Of a stretch of 64,000 nucleotides of DNA, positions 9,352 to 18,321 are shown one piece after another. Source of the stretch: Trueperaceae bacterium (GTDB lineage: Bacteria > Deinococcota > Deinococci > Deinococcales > Trueperaceae); contig JAXHNB010000010.1 of the NCBI GenBank assembly GCA_034520945.1, positions 64,001 through 128,000 of the forward strand. The letters run 5' to 3'. The stretch's first letter is position 1. The number at the start of each line of letters is the position of its first letter. The translations under genes were made by a program, and so were the position numbers. The notes under the pieces are model-generated. The model saw only the letters and a program-made list of their open reading frames with translations, ran no database searches and was not told where the DNA came from.

Positions 9352-10257
9352 CTAGATCAGGGGCTCGAACACCCCGGCCAGCAGCACCGCCGCCCGCAGG
9401 AAGAACACCCCCGCCAGCGCCGAGACCGCGGACAGCGCGAGGAGCGGCTTGTTCTTGCCGCGGACCAACGTGTACGCGCCGATCGCCAACGGGACCAGAA
9501 TGCCGATCACGACGATCCCGCCCCAGGTCATCAGGGCAAACTCGCCTGAGGTCATCGCCTGGGCGCCGAGGCGGGCGCCGGCGCTGCCGATCGAGAGGCC
9601 GATGTACAGGAAGGACAGGACGGCCAGCAGCTTGGCGGCGTCGAGCCCCATGCCCAGTCGGACCCCGAAGGCGGAGACCTGCTCGTCCACCCAGCCGAAG
9701 ACGTACATCAGCTCGAGCACGGCGATGGCGGCGATCGACCCGCTGATCACCCACAGTACCGGGATCAGCGCGCTGTTCCAGAGTGGCACGCCGGCGGCCT
9801 GGGTGATCAGGAAGCCGCTGTAGACGGTGACGGCCACGCCGAGTGCGGCGAATAGGCCCACGAAGACGTTGCTGTCATCCAGCGTTCGCGTCCAGCCCAG
9901 CCAACCGATGCGCTCGGAGAGGAACGACAGCTGGGCGACCACCAGGATCAGCGTCGCCAGCAGGTGCACCGACAGCAGCATGATGCCGATCAGCATCCAG
10001 GAGCTGACGTTGAAGTCGAAGTTCACGACCATCAGCCACAGCGTGCGCGGCAGGTTCCACCAGCGGCCCAGGTGGCTGACCACCAGGAGCAGACCGACGA
10101 CCAGCGATCCGAAGATCACCAGCGCCAACGGTCGGCGGCGTACGAAGTAGTAGGCGACCGATCCCATGCCGGCGATGCCGACGAACCACAGGAACCAGGC
10201 GATCGACCAGCCCCAGTGGGCGATGTCGACCTGCATGTGAAGCTCGGCCGGTGTCAT
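9352..10257 (-). CDS. psrC: NrfD/PsrC-type membrane anchor (quinol-oxidising subunit)
   Basis: WGWSIAWFLWFVGIAG, SHLGRWW, SSWM, VYSGFL...VPLWNS; about 8 TM helices; follows the Fe-S subunit. Confidence 0.85.
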   Translation of the reverse strand: MTPAELHMQVDIAHWGWSIAWFLWFVGIAGMGSVAYYFVRRRPLALVIFGSLVVGLLLVVSHLGRWWNLPRTLWLMVVNFDFNVSSWMLIGIMLLSVHLLATLILVVAQLSFLSERIGWLGWTRTLDDSNVFVGLFAALGVAVTVYSGFLITQAAGVPLWNSALIPVLWVISGSIAAIAVLELMYVFGWVDEQVSAFGVRLGMGLDAAKLLAVLSFLYIGLSIGSAGARLGAQAMTSGEFALMTWGGIVVIGILVPLAIGAYTLVRGKNKPLLALSAVSALAGVFFLRAAVLLAGVFEPLI

Positions 10258-10862
10258 CAGGATCCCTCCACCACGAAGTACTTGGGCTCGGTACCGGCGT
10301 CCTCGAGCAGGCGCCGGCTGCGCTTGGTCCTCAGCGTGATGCTGACGCTGCTGTCCGGGTCGTTCAGGTCGCCGAAGTCGCGGGCCATCGCCGGGCAGGC
10401 CTGCACGCAGGCGGGCGGAAGCCCGTTCGCGATCAGCTCCTGGCAGCCCTCGCCCATGCACTTCTCGGGCAGGTGCGTGTCGGGGTGGAACCAGCGCACG
10501 TTGTACGGGCAGCTGGTCACGCAGTAGCTGCAGCCGGCGCAGCGGGTCGGATCGAGTTGGACCAGGCCGTCATTGTCGTAATAGACGGCGCCGAACGGGC
10601 AGTTGGTCACGCACGGCGCGTTCTCGCAGTGCTGGCACTGCACCAGCAGCACCTCGGGGCGGCCCTGGGCTGTGACGCTGTCGATGCGGCGGATGTTGGA
10701 CGCGAGCGAGTTCCAGCCCTTCTCCTCGCGCGCCATCATGTCGGGGGCGTTGGTCGAGGTGCAGGCCATCACGCAGGCGCCGCAGGCGATGCACCTGCTG
10801 GCGTCCCATACGTGCGCGAGCCGGCGTTCGGGCGTTTCTCCTCGCTTCAGGCGGGTGCTCAT
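10257..10862 (-). CDS. psrB: 4x[4Fe-4S] electron-transfer subunit (PsrB/NrfC/DmsB family)
   Basis: CIACGACVMAC, CQHCENAPCVTNCP, CAGCSYCVTSCP, KCMGEGC...PACVQACP. Confidence 0.9.
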   Translation of the reverse strand: MSTRLKRGETPERRLAHVWDASRCIACGACVMACTSTNAPDMMAREEKGWNSLASNIRRIDSVTAQGRPEVLLVQCQHCENAPCVTNCPFGAVYYDNDGLVQLDPTRCAGCSYCVTSCPYNVRWFHPDTHLPEKCMGEGCQELIANGLPPACVQACPAMARDFGDLNDPDSSVSITLRTKRSRRLLEDAGTEPKYFVVEGS

Positions 10863-10880
10863 TTCAGGAATCCTCCTCGC

Positions 10881-13427
10881 TCACGCCCGGCGGATGCGCA
10901 CGGAGGCGTTGTTGGCGTTGGCGCCGGTGACCGGGTCGACCGTCGCCCTGGAGAACCAGTGCGGGTTGATGCCCTGGGCCCTTCGGGCGAAGCGTTCGTC
11001 CTCGGCGACGCCGCGGCCGCGGTGACCGCCGGAGTAGGAGTAGACGAACAGCGCGCCGGGGTGCACACGCGGCGTGACGTTGACGGTGGTGGTGGCCTTC
11101 CAACCGGTGTCGAGGCCCTCGATCTCGATCTCGTCGTCGCTGGCGAGGCCGAGCCGGGCGGCGTCGTCGGGGTGGATCCAGACGCGGTTGTCCAGCAGGT
11201 ACTGGGTCGGGAAGGCGAGGCTGGAGACGCCGGACGAACCGATCGGGCTCTTGCCGTTGACCAGGAAGAACTCGTCATCGCCGCGCGGCATGGTGTAGGC
11301 GGGCGGGTCGAAGTAGGTCGCGAAACCGCGCTCGCGGTAGCCGCGCAGCACCGGCCGGAACGCGTAGATCTCGAGCCGGCCGCTGGGCGAGGCGAAGGGA
11401 CGGTTGTACGGCGTGCCGCCGTAGCGCTGCTCCTGGAAGGTGACGAAGCCCTTCTCGCGGAGCTCGGCGAGCAGCTCGTCGGGATCGCGGTTCCAGTTCT
11501 CCGCCAGCTTCTCGATCTGGAGTTGCTCGACGTGGTGGAACCAGTCGCGCTTCCAGGTGTCCACATCGGCCATGCGCTCGTCGTGACCCATCATCGCGGC
11601 CTTCTGCGGGTAGGCGGCGCGCAGCATCTCCAGGGCGATCCAGGCGTCCGGGCGGACGTCGGCGCCCTCGGGCGGGTCGGTGACCTTCTGCTGCAGCGCC
11701 GCGGTCGCGGTCATGGTCCAGCCGACGCCCGTGAGGTGGTCGCGCTCCAGGAACATCTCGGCCGGCAGCACGTAGTCGGACCAGTCGTTCAGCTCCTGGT
11801 CGACGATATCGACATTGACGATCAGGTCCAGCTTCCCGAGCGCCTCCTCGATGCGGGCGACGTTGGGGTCGCGGTGGAAGATCGTCGCGCCGAACAGCAC
11901 CAGCGCCGACACCTTGTACGGGTCCTCGTCGAGCACGCCGCCGAGCACCGCGTCGAAGGTGGCGTTCGTCTCGGGGTAGACCGCCTTGTCGATGCGTGGG
12001 GCGTCGGACTTGAGCTCGAAGCTGTCGCCGGTGATCAGCGAGACCATGCCGCCGGAGTTGCCGATCACGCCGGGGACCTTGGAGCTGGGGCGGACGCACA
12101 TGCCGCCGAGGCGGTCGAGGTTTCCGAGCAGACCGTTGACGGTCATGAGCGCCATGATCACGTCGGTGTCGTTGCCGTTTCGCGTGTTGTACCAGGTGTC
12201 CTCGACGACGCCCTGCATGGTGTGCAGCTCGCGGGCGATCCGCGCGATCGTCGCGGCGGGGACGCCGGTGATCTCTGCGGCCCGCTCGGGCGCGTAGTCG
12301 TCCAGGTGCTCCAGCAGCAGGTTCCATGCCGTGGTGACGGTCGCCTCGCTCCCGTCGGCAAGCGTGAGCGTGCCGGCGTAGACCAGCTCGGGCTCGAGGT
12401 CCTCGTCCTGGTGGAAGGCGATCTGGCCGTCGGTGCCCATCAGCGCGAACAGGCCCTCGTCGCCGTCCTCCTGCAGGTCGGCCTGGGTGAGCGGCTGGCC
12501 GTCGTCCTTGATGAGGAGAGGAAGGTTGGTGTAGCGGGTGACGAAGTCCTCGTCGAAGCGTGCCTCGTCGATCAGCACGTGGGCGACGCCCAGCATGAAC
12601 GCCGCGTCGGTGCCGGGCGTGCACGACAGCCACTCGGCGTCGGCGTAGGCCACGTCGGGGTGGGCCGGGTTGAGGAAGACGACCTTGGCGCCGTGCTCGC
12701 GGGCCTTCGCCAGGCGGTGGACCGCGCCGATCGGGGCGTTGAGGCTGCGGCCCGGGAACACCACGTAACGCAGGTTGTCGTAGTCGGGGTCGATCACCGC
12801 GTGGTGGTCGAAGCCGCTGCCCATCATCCAGCGGCGGCCGACGACGCCGGCGGTGTTGCAGGTGCTGGCCTGCGTGATCATGTTGGGCGAGCCCAGGCCC
12901 CAGGCCAGCAGGCTGGCCTCGGTCTTGTAGTCGTGGGTGCTGACGACGACCGAGCGGGCGCCGTCGCGTTCGACGATCTCGCGGAGCTTCGCGCCGATCT
13001 CTTCGAAGGCCTGCTCCCAGGTGATCTCCTCATAGCGGCCCTCGCCGCGCTCGCCGACGCGCTTGCGGGGCTTGCGCAGCCGCAGCGGGCTGTTCCACGT
13101 GTAGGGCGCGGTGGCGCCGCGCCCGCACATGCCGCGTTGCGGGTGGTCGGGGTGTTGGTTGGGGAGGATCAGCATGGCATCCTCGCCCGGCGGCATCCCC
13201 TTCTTCACCAGTCCGGTCAGGCCGCAGCCGGCGCCGCACTGGTGGCAGATGGTGTGACGCACCAGGTAGCCGTTGCGTTCGAGCCCCTCGACATCGATGC
13301 CGTCGGGCCCGAAGAACGGCTGCGCGTCGACCCAGCCCTTCTGCGCCAGCAATGCGGCGGTGGCCACCGACGCCGAGCCGGCGAGGAACCGGCGGCGGCT
13401 GACGGGCCGTTCGTGGAAGCTTCGCAT
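10881..13427 (-). CDS. psrA: Mo/W-bisPGD oxidoreductase catalytic subunit, polysulfide/thiosulfate reductase (PsrA/PhsA-like), Tat-exported
   Basis: Tat motif SRRRFL; FS0 motif CHQCGAGC...GMCGRG; likely Cys metal ligand in QASTCNTAG; SDYVLPAEMFLER; C-terminal WIHPDDAARLGL; exact substrate inferred. Confidence 0.75.
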   Translation of the reverse strand: MRSFHERPVSRRRFLAGSASVATAALLAQKGWVDAQPFFGPDGIDVEGLERNGYLVRHTICHQCGAGCGLTGLVKKGMPPGEDAMLILPNQHPDHPQRGMCGRGATAPYTWNSPLRLRKPRKRVGERGEGRYEEITWEQAFEEIGAKLREIVERDGARSVVVSTHDYKTEASLLAWGLGSPNMITQASTCNTAGVVGRRWMMGSGFDHHAVIDPDYDNLRYVVFPGRSLNAPIGAVHRLAKAREHGAKVVFLNPAHPDVAYADAEWLSCTPGTDAAFMLGVAHVLIDEARFDEDFVTRYTNLPLLIKDDGQPLTQADLQEDGDEGLFALMGTDGQIAFHQDEDLEPELVYAGTLTLADGSEATVTTAWNLLLEHLDDYAPERAAEITGVPAATIARIARELHTMQGVVEDTWYNTRNGNDTDVIMALMTVNGLLGNLDRLGGMCVRPSSKVPGVIGNSGGMVSLITGDSFELKSDAPRIDKAVYPETNATFDAVLGGVLDEDPYKVSALVLFGATIFHRDPNVARIEEALGKLDLIVNVDIVDQELNDWSDYVLPAEMFLERDHLTGVGWTMTATAALQQKVTDPPEGADVRPDAWIALEMLRAAYPQKAAMMGHDERMADVDTWKRDWFHHVEQLQIEKLAENWNRDPDELLAELREKGFVTFQEQRYGGTPYNRPFASPSGRLEIYAFRPVLRGYRERGFATYFDPPAYTMPRGDDEFFLVNGKSPIGSSGVSSLAFPTQYLLDNRVWIHPDDAARLGLASDDEIEIEGLDTGWKATTTVNVTPRVHPGALFVYSYSGGHRGRGVAEDERFARRAQGINPHWFSRATVDPVTGANANNASVRIRRA

Positions 13428-13452
13428 CGACACCCAACCTCCCATCTCACGG

Positions 13453-13511
13453 TCGTGATTCATTTCACGATCTCGCCATTGACGCTAGGCTGTGTAGAGG
13501 TCTCCCGGCAA
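13453..13511 (-). promoter_or_regulatory. psr promoter (TTGCCG-N18-TAGCGT) with downstream palindromic operator TCGTGA-N6-TCACGA (Rex- or CRP/FNR-like)
   Basis: Palindrome at 13453-13470; -10 at 13482-13487 and -35 at 13506-13511 on the minus strand. Confidence 0.6.
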
Positions 13512-13651
13512 CGGAAGAATGTCCCCAGGCCGAGGCCAACGCTCCGCCGGCACGCGTGCCAGCGCTGAGGGCCGCTTTCGGTCGTCGAGATCGGGCAGGA
13601 TCACTGCAACGGGCACTGGGCCCACGGGCCTCGAAGCAGAAGGGAGCACGC

Positions 13652-14089
13652 ATGAAGCGAAACCTGATCGTCCTGCTCGTCCCCCTGTTGGTGACCGGCG
13701 CCGCAGGCCAGGTCGAGTCCACCGCCGCGTCGGAACGGATGGCCGAGGTCATCGAACGGGCCAGCCGGTCCGGCTGGTTGCAGCTTGGCGTCGAAGAAGC
13801 GGCCGCGTACATCATCCAAGTGGAGCCGTTCCTCCTGGATGTACGCACGGTCGACGAGTTCGACGACGGCTACATCGAGGGCGCCGTGAACGTGCCGGTC
13901 ACCGAACTGGACGCCAACCTGCATCGACTGCCCACCGACCTGGACACGCCGATCCTGGTGTACTGCGCGAAAGGCACGCGCAGCTTTTGGGCGCAGGCGT
14001 ACCTGACGGCCCTCGGCTACGACAACGTGCAGAACCTGCGGGAGGGGTTCCGCGCTTGGCGCGCGGCGGGTTTTCCGAGCGCACCCTGA
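13652..14089 (+). CDS. Secreted single-domain rhodanese (Sud-like sulfurtransferase)
   Basis: Signal peptide MKRNLIVLLVPLLVTGAAG; LLDVRT..EF..GYIEGAVNVP; active-site loop VYCAKGTRS; RBS AGGGAG. Confidence 0.85.
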   Translation: MKRNLIVLLVPLLVTGAAGQVESTAASERMAEVIERASRSGWLQLGVEEAAAYIIQVEPFLLDVRTVDEFDDGYIEGAVNVPVTELDANLHRLPTDLDTPILVYCAKGTRSFWAQAYLTALGYDNVQNLREGFRAWRAAGFPSAP

Positions 14090-14166
14090 CGGCGCCCTCC
14101 GAACCACATGATCGGGACCCCTTCCGCCTCGGACAGGGGCCCTCGATTCGCGCGGTCAGCGGGGGC

Positions 14167-15513
14167 TCAGTCGAAGCCCGGCACGGCCTGGGGCACTGCG
14201 ATGGGACGGCTGCACGCCGGCTCCTGCTCGAACAGGGCACGCTCGGCCTCCGGCAGGGTGGCGCGGGCCAGGTCGCGAATGCCGTTCACGCCGATGAAGA
14301 ACTCCCGCATCATCACCACCAGCAGGTAACGGCCGGTCTCGGTCAGTTCGAGCGCGTCGCCGTCGTCGCGTGCGAAGGCGCCGGCGGCCTTCAGGAAGGC
14401 GTACTCCAGCCACAACGCCCGTTCCACGGGCGCCCCATGGTCCCGGGCGAAGGCGCGCTTGTCCAACCGCAGGCCGAACAGGTCGATCATCATGCGGTAG
14501 CGGCGCCGGTCGCGGCGGCTCAGCGGCATGCGGGCGTCCACGCTGAGGCGGCCCTCCTCGATGGCCTCCTGGTAGCTGCGGAGCGAGAAGGTGTTGGCGT
14601 AGATCTCGCCGCCCAGGTAGCTGAACGAGCCGCTGCCCACCCCCACGTACTCCGCGTGATCCACGATGTACTCGTCGATCAAGGACGGGGCCTCGCTCGA
14701 GGAGGCCACGCGCGAGAAGGCCCAGGCCGAGGCGGGGGCGTAGCGTCCCGCCAGCGTCCGCGAGATCAGGCGGTACTGTCGCGCCTCGCGCCGGTCGTCC
14801 ACGCGGCCCAGGGCGCGCTCCAGCGGCCGCGCCACCGACGGGGACACCATCAACGGGTAGTAGGTGATCTGGTCCGGGTCGGCGTCGACCAGGAGTTCCA
14901 TGTCGCGCTGCAGGATCTCGTCCGTCAGCGAGGGCAGGTTGAAGATCATGTCGACGTTGAGGGTCGGCAAGCGCCCCCGCGCGGCGTCGAGGCCCGCCAG
15001 GATCTGCGCGGCCGAGCCGTACTTGTCGTGCCGCTTCATCTGCCGCAACAGGTCGTCGTTCAGGCTCTGCACGCCGACCGACAGGCGCTGCACGCGACCT
15101 TCCAGCGGCCCCAGCACCGCGTCGTTCAGGTGGTTCGGGTTCGTCTCCGTCGATACCTCGCCGACGTCGAACAGGTCACGGGCCAGATCGATGGTGGCGA
15201 CCAGCTCGCCCACGTCGACCGTGGGCGTGCCGCCGCCGATGTACATCGACGAGAAGCGGTACCCGCGGTCCGCCAGGATCCGCATTTCCTCCCGGAGCGA
15301 CCGGAAGTACCGGTGGGCGGCATCCTCGCGGTAGGGAAATCGATTGAACGAGCAATACGGGCACAACAACTCGCAGAACGGCACGTGCGCGTACAGCAGC
15401 AGCTCCGCGCCTTGCGCCGGTCGCGGCAGGGCGCCGGGGCGGTGCGGTTCCAGGGTGAGCTGCTGGGATCGCAAACCGCGGAGCTTGCGGGTGAGGAGCC
15501 ACCCCGCGATCAT
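14167..15513 (-). CDS. menK: HemN-like class C radical SAM enzyme, probable menaquinone methyltransferase MenK/MqnK
   Basis: LYAHVPFCELLCPYCSFNRF, GGGTPT, ETNPNHL, RLSVGVQS, QITYYPLM and GRYLLVVMMREFF, which I recognise as MenK-type rather than HemN/HemW; adjacent to psr. Confidence 0.72.
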   Translation of the reverse strand: MIAGWLLTRKLRGLRSQQLTLEPHRPGALPRPAQGAELLLYAHVPFCELLCPYCSFNRFPYREDAAHRYFRSLREEMRILADRGYRFSSMYIGGGTPTVDVGELVATIDLARDLFDVGEVSTETNPNHLNDAVLGPLEGRVQRLSVGVQSLNDDLLRQMKRHDKYGSAAQILAGLDAARGRLPTLNVDMIFNLPSLTDEILQRDMELLVDADPDQITYYPLMVSPSVARPLERALGRVDDRREARQYRLISRTLAGRYAPASAWAFSRVASSSEAPSLIDEYIVDHAEYVGVGSGSFSYLGGEIYANTFSLRSYQEAIEEGRLSVDARMPLSRRDRRRYRMMIDLFGLRLDKRAFARDHGAPVERALWLEYAFLKAAGAFARDDGDALELTETGRYLLVVMMREFFIGVNGIRDLARATLPEAERALFEQEPACSRPIAVPQAVPGFD

Positions 15514-15736
15514 CGGGGCCGACCATCAAGGCGGGCAGGACGGGGGCGATAAGAAAGCCGGGCGCTCATGTCGGTGATTCTCGTACGGGTGCCGCTGGCA
15601 TGCTAGGGCAGGATATCCCGGCCGGCGCGGCCGGCGGCGGATCGCACCGTCCCTTGACGGGTCGGTCTGCGATCGGCGTGAATGGTGCGTGGCGGCCCGC
15701 CGCCGAGGGGCCGCCTGCACGGGAGGAGTCCCAGCC

Positions 15737-16738
15737 ATGAAGGTCGCCGTGTTCAGCACCAAGACGTACGACCAGCGCCACCTGGCGCACGCCAACCAGC
15801 ACCACGGGCACGAGCTGACGTTCTTCGAGCCGCGCCTGCACCTCGATACCGCCGTGCTGGCCGCAGGATTTCCCGTGGTCTGCGCGTTCGTGAACGACCG
15901 GCTCGATGCCGAGGTATTGCAGCGCCTGGCGGAGGGGGGCACCAAACTGATCGCCCTGCGGTCGGCAGGGTTCAACCACGTCGACCTCCACGCGGCCGAA
16001 CGGCTCGGCATGACCATCGCCCGCGTGCCGGCCTACTCGCCGCACGCCGTGGCCGAGCATGCCTTGGCCCTCGTCCTGGCGCTGAACCGCAAGATCTACC
16101 GCGCCTACAACCGGGTGCGCGAAGGCAACTTCGCGTTGGAGGGGCTGATCGGCTTCGACATGCACGGCAAGACGGTCGGGGTGGTGGGGACCGGCAAGAT
16201 CGGCGCCACCTTCGCGCGCATCGTGCACGGGATGGGGTGCCAGGTGCTGGCGCTGGACCCGTACCCGAACCCGGACCTCGACGCCATCGCCGAGTACGTG
16301 TCGCAGGACGACCTCTTCGCCCGCGCGGACGTCGTGTCGCTGCATTGCCCCCTGACGCCCGAGACGCACCACCTGATCGACGCGGCCGCGATTCGGCAGA
16401 TGAAGAGGGGCGTGACGCTGATCAACACCAGCCGGGGCCAACTGGTGGACACGCGCGCGGTGATCGACGGCCTGAAGCGTGGACGCATCGGGCGGTTGGG
16501 GCTCGACGTGTACGAGGAAGAGGGCGACCTGTTCTTCGAGGACCTGTCCAACCAGGTGATCCGCGACGACGTGTTCTCGCGGTTGTTGACCTTTCCCAAC
16601 GTGCTGATCACCGGCCATCAGGGGTTCTTCACCGAGGAGGCGTTGCACGCCATCGCCGACACGACCCTGGCCAACGTGAGCGCCTTCGCGTCGGGCGAGG
16701 GCACGTTGTACCGCGTGGACGCCGAGAAGCGCGCGTAG
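15737..16738 (+). CDS. ldhA: D-lactate dehydrogenase (2-hydroxyacid dehydrogenase)
   Basis: [63 protein letters not shown]. Confidence 0.92.
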   Translation: MKVAVFSTKTYDQRHLAHANQHHGHELTFFEPRLHLDTAVLAAGFPVVCAFVNDRLDAEVLQRLAEGGTKLIALRSAGFNHVDLHAAERLGMTIARVPAYSPHAVAEHALALVLALNRKIYRAYNRVREGNFALEGLIGFDMHGKTVGVVGTGKIGATFARIVHGMGCQVLALDPYPNPDLDAIAEYVSQDDLFARADVVSLHCPLTPETHHLIDAAAIRQMKRGVTLINTSRGQLVDTRAVIDGLKRGRIGRLGLDVYEEEGDLFFEDLSNQVIRDDVFSRLLTFPNVLITGHQGFFTEEALHAIADTTLANVSAFASGEGTLYRVDAEKRA

Positions 16739-16742
16739 CGAC

Positions 16743-18284
16743 GTGCCGGCCTGGGTCGACGCCTCGTTGGCGGCATCGCCGATCGTCGTCATCCTGGTGG
16801 CGATGCTGGGACTGGGGTGGTCCGCGGCGCGGGCCGGCGCCGCCGGCCTGGCCGTCGCGCTGGCGGTGGCGTGGTGGGGGTTCGGCTACGGCACGCGCAC
16901 GCTGCCCGACCTCGGTCCCGTCATGGCGAGCGGCGGGGCGCTGCTCGAGGCAATGTTCATCGCCGCCACCATCTTGTGGATCATCTTTCCGGCGCTGTGC
17001 ATTCACGAACTCCAGTCCCGAACCGGCGCGCTGGAGGTGCTGCGGCGGGCGATGGGCCGCCTCTCGCCGGACCCGCGCATCGGGGCGCTGCTGGTGGCGT
17101 GGTTCTTCGTGCTGTTCGTGGAGGGGGCGGCGGGGTTCGGGACCTCCGTCGCGCTGGCCGCGCCGTTCCTGGTGGCGGCGGGCTTCGGCCGGGTCGAGGC
17201 GGTCACCATCGCGCTGGTCGGCCACGCCGTCGGCGTCTCGTTCGGCGCGGTCGGCACGCCCATCCTGCCCCAGATGGCGGTCACGCCGTTCACGGGGCGT
17301 GAACTGGCGTCCGCGACGGCGGCGTACCATGCGCTGGCCGGGTGGGTGATGCCGCTGCTGGCGATGCTGCTGGTGACGCGCGCGCTCCCCTCCGCTCGCG
17401 GCGGCCCGGCGATCTGGGGCTGGACGCTGCTGGCGGCGGCGGCGTTCCTGGTGCCGTTCTACGCGATCGCCCGCTTCGTGGGGCCCGAACTGCCGACCCT
17501 GGCGGGATCGCTGGTTGGCGGGGCGGTGTTCGTGGCCGCGTTGACGCTCGTGCGGCGGCTCAGGGGCACGCACGACGAGGAGGCGGCGGAAGCGCAGCCG
17601 TCCGGCGGGCTGCTGCGGGCCGGTGCGCCGTACCTGGCGCTCATCGGCCTGGTGTTGATCACCCGCTTGCTGCCCGGCGTCCGCGACGCACTGTCCGAGG
17701 CCACCGTCGCGTGGGGGCTGTCCGGGGTGTTCTCCGGCGCGTTCGCGCCGCTCTACCACCCCGGCACCATGCTGATGGCGGGCTTCCTGGCGGGGGCCGC
17801 GTTGCAACGCGCCGCCACGGGCGAGGTGACCGGCGCGGCCTGGCGTGCGCTCCGTCAGTTGGCGCCGGTGACGCTGGCGCTGGTCGCGATGTTGGCGATT
17901 TCGCGCGTGATGGTGTACGCGGGCATGATCGACGCGTTGGCCGTCGCCGCGGCCGCCGCGGCGGGTGGGGCGTGGCCGCTGTTCGCGCCGTTCGTGGGGG
18001 TGCTGGGCACGTTCGTGACGGGCTCCGCCACCGCGTCCAACATCCTGTTCACCGATTTTCAGTTCGCGACCGCCGAGCGCCTCGGCCGCCCGGCGCTGCC
18101 GCTGCTGGGGGCGCAGGGGTTCGGCGCCGCGGTCGGCAACATCGTGTGCCCGCACAACATCATCGCGGCGGGCGCGACGGTGAACCTGGCCGGGCGCGAG
18201 GGCGAGGTGTTGCGGCGCACCTTGCCGGTCGCGCTGCTCTACGCCGCGATGGGCGGGGTGCTGGCGTGGTGGGTGTTCGGGTGA
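16743..18284 (+). CDS. lctP: Lactate permease (LctP family)
   Basis: FVEGAAGFGT, VSFGAVGTP, GTFVTGSATASNILF, GNIVCPHNI. Confidence 0.88.
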   Translation: MPAWVDASLAASPIVVILVAMLGLGWSAARAGAAGLAVALAVAWWGFGYGTRTLPDLGPVMASGGALLEAMFIAATILWIIFPALCIHELQSRTGALEVLRRAMGRLSPDPRIGALLVAWFFVLFVEGAAGFGTSVALAAPFLVAAGFGRVEAVTIALVGHAVGVSFGAVGTPILPQMAVTPFTGRELASATAAYHALAGWVMPLLAMLLVTRALPSARGGPAIWGWTLLAAAAFLVPFYAIARFVGPELPTLAGSLVGGAVFVAALTLVRRLRGTHDEEAAEAQPSGGLLRAGAPYLALIGLVLITRLLPGVRDALSEATVAWGLSGVFSGAFAPLYHPGTMLMAGFLAGAALQRAATGEVTGAAWRALRQLAPVTLALVAMLAISRVMVYAGMIDALAVAAAAAAGGAWPLFAPFVGVLGTFVTGSATASNILFTDFQFATAERLGRPALPLLGAQGFGAAVGNIVCPHNIIAAGATVNLAGREGEVLRRTLPVALLYAAMGGVLAWWVFG

Positions 18285-18321
18285 GGGCGCGACGGGCGTT
18301 GCTCCCGGGTCCCTGAGGCGC

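Noticed and set aside
10881..13427. Arsenate reductase (ArrA/ArxA), tetrathionate reductase or formate dehydrogenase identity
   Set aside because: The FS0 motif and ligand region do not match what I recall for those clades; NrfD anchor, rhodanese and MenK context favour Psr/Phs. Not excluded without a tree.
10251..13568. 1105-aa plus-strand ORF and many other long overlapping ORFs (e.g. 21262-23361, 52891-55527, 56626-59484)
   Set aside because: Antisense or alternate-frame shadows of real genes in high-GC DNA; low-complexity Arg/Gly/Ala/Pro or antisense-type composition with no family motifs
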